From assembly GCA_029953675.1 (NCBI GenBank), contig JAMWBK010000005.1:1984001-2048000 (forward strand): a stretch of DNA of 64,000 nucleotides, in the 5' to 3' direction. Both the position numbers and the translations under genes were made by a program. Shown one piece after another: positions 62,879-64,000 of the stretch (its first letter is position 1; each line of letters begins with the position of its first letter). The notes beneath the pieces are model-generated. The model had not been told where the DNA came from. It did not search any database and saw nothing but the letters and a program-made list of their open reading frames with translations. Source of the DNA: Rhodosorus marinus CCMP1338 (Eukaryota; Plantae; Rhodophyta).

Positions 62879-63300
62879 GGAAGTAATTCCTTTCAAGGGA
62901 CCGACCCAAATATTCGATTCTTCCTTCCTCCAATATCCAAATGTTAACAACAGAAAACAGGACTAAAAATGTTGCCAGTCGCTGTCGCCGATTAGAAACT
63001 CAGTAGATACGAAAACAACGGCAAAGAATCGAGCAACAACGCAACTCCCAGTAACCTTCCTGCTTCCTCCCGTCAATGGGGTTACATCCAACCCATCACC
63101 AAAACAAAAAGAAACCTACGTCGAGACTATCTACTGTCTTCAACAGGCAACTCCCTCCCTCCGTCGCACACGGGTACATGTACACACCCTTTTCACATTC
63201 AGATCCAGGCTTCCGAACACTCGCTGCTAGCCAGGCAAAGCTCGATTGTGAAAGGGTACTCCTTTGTTTTCAGATATTCAACAGTTCTTGTCAACGGAAA

Positions 63301-63775
63301 TCACCCTGTAGTTAAGCATTTCTTTTTTTTTGCTTTTAGCGTTGTCATCTGAGACGAACGTGTTGGAGTTGAATTTTTGTATGATTTCAACCCCCTTGTC
63401 AAGACCACCCTGAAGTATCATTCTGGAATGATGCTGATACAGATCACCCTGAAGTACTTACGCGTGGATAGGTTTCGGGTAGTAGGTGAGATGTTTCAAC
63501 AAAGACGAGTTTTGCGTTATGATAACCCTGAAGTGTTTACGTTGTTGATGAACTCACCCTGAAGTGGTTCCCTTTGGATAGGTTTTGGGGACGTGGTGGT
63601 GGTCTTGAAGTATCTCCGGGAGACGGTTATTGATTAAGTCACCCTGAGGGATTTTCCATGTCGATGTCTTCTTAGATGCATCCCCCTGAAGCACTGCTGC
63701 CATGACCGTATTTTGGGTACAGGTCACCCTGAGTTGCACTGAGTGGTGAAAATTAGAGGAGCCACCACCCTGAAA
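63301..63775 (+). repeat. Decayed array of a CACCCTGAAGT-like motif (~9-10 copies)
   Basis: CCCTG core starts at 63304, 63408, 63447, 63526, 63557, (63603 degenerate), 63642, 63684, 63727, 63768; all in one orientation. Confidence 0.85.
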
Positions 63776-64000
63776 CTGGATGGAACGTGGATCGCTTGCG
63801 TGGAGATGTTAGTGGGACCGGAAACAGTTTTGAGCTATGTAATTGTGGAAGCGATTGGTAGAGATCTAAGAAATTTGTTGCAAGATGTTAGTCCACGAGA
63901 TGATACCGCAGGGTGCGACCAAGTTTGTGATTCCGGATTGGTGTGGGAACAGCGACCCCAAGTTTTGTTTCACTGTGCATAAAAGGACCGGTCAAGTTTG

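Noticed and set aside
63410-63435. Heat-shock element upstream of clpB (TTCtgGAA)
   Set aside because: Only two phased nGAAn units; canonical elements need three, and this is expected by chance.
63301-63775. CRISPR array
   Set aside because: Repeats are only ~11 nt, degenerate and irregularly spaced; the context is a eukaryotic intron-containing genome with no cas genes.

Overview
Eukaryotic nuclear DNA from a compact, intron-rich genome, most likely a red alga. Several plastid-targeted proteins begin with the rhodophyte-type M(A)F(V/L) transit-peptide motif, and a red-algal-type mannosylglycerate synthase is present. About 22 protein-coding genes are supportable, most split by short (~50-120 nt) GT-AG introns, so the ORF track shows only fragments. 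I reassembled exons by eye. Recognisable genes: permuted NlpC/P60 amidase, two GT61-like and one GT23 (FUT8-like) glycosyltransferases, Canopy-like ER protein, ribulosamine/fructosamine kinase, CbbY, F-box protein, plastid Hsp90, TL17 pentapeptide protein, XPD, cytosolic TrpRS, mannosylglycerate synthase, PPT-like plastid translocator, BAR protein, FAM98, WS/DGAT, PAQR, DNA polymerase delta, RAD6/UBC2 and Hsp78-type ClpB. The most unusual item is an apparent single gene fusing S4, a catalytically dead RluD-like pseudouridine synthase and a PrmC/HemK glutamine methyltransferase (19.7-21.9 kb). Also notable are a decayed CACCCTGAAGT array upstream of clpB, a head-to-head pair of Calvin-cycle repair enzymes and a perfect 19-bp hairpin. 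I found no rRNA, tRNA, CRISPR array or intact transposon ORF. Splice models are hand-derived, and starts/ends marked uncertain need RNA-seq.
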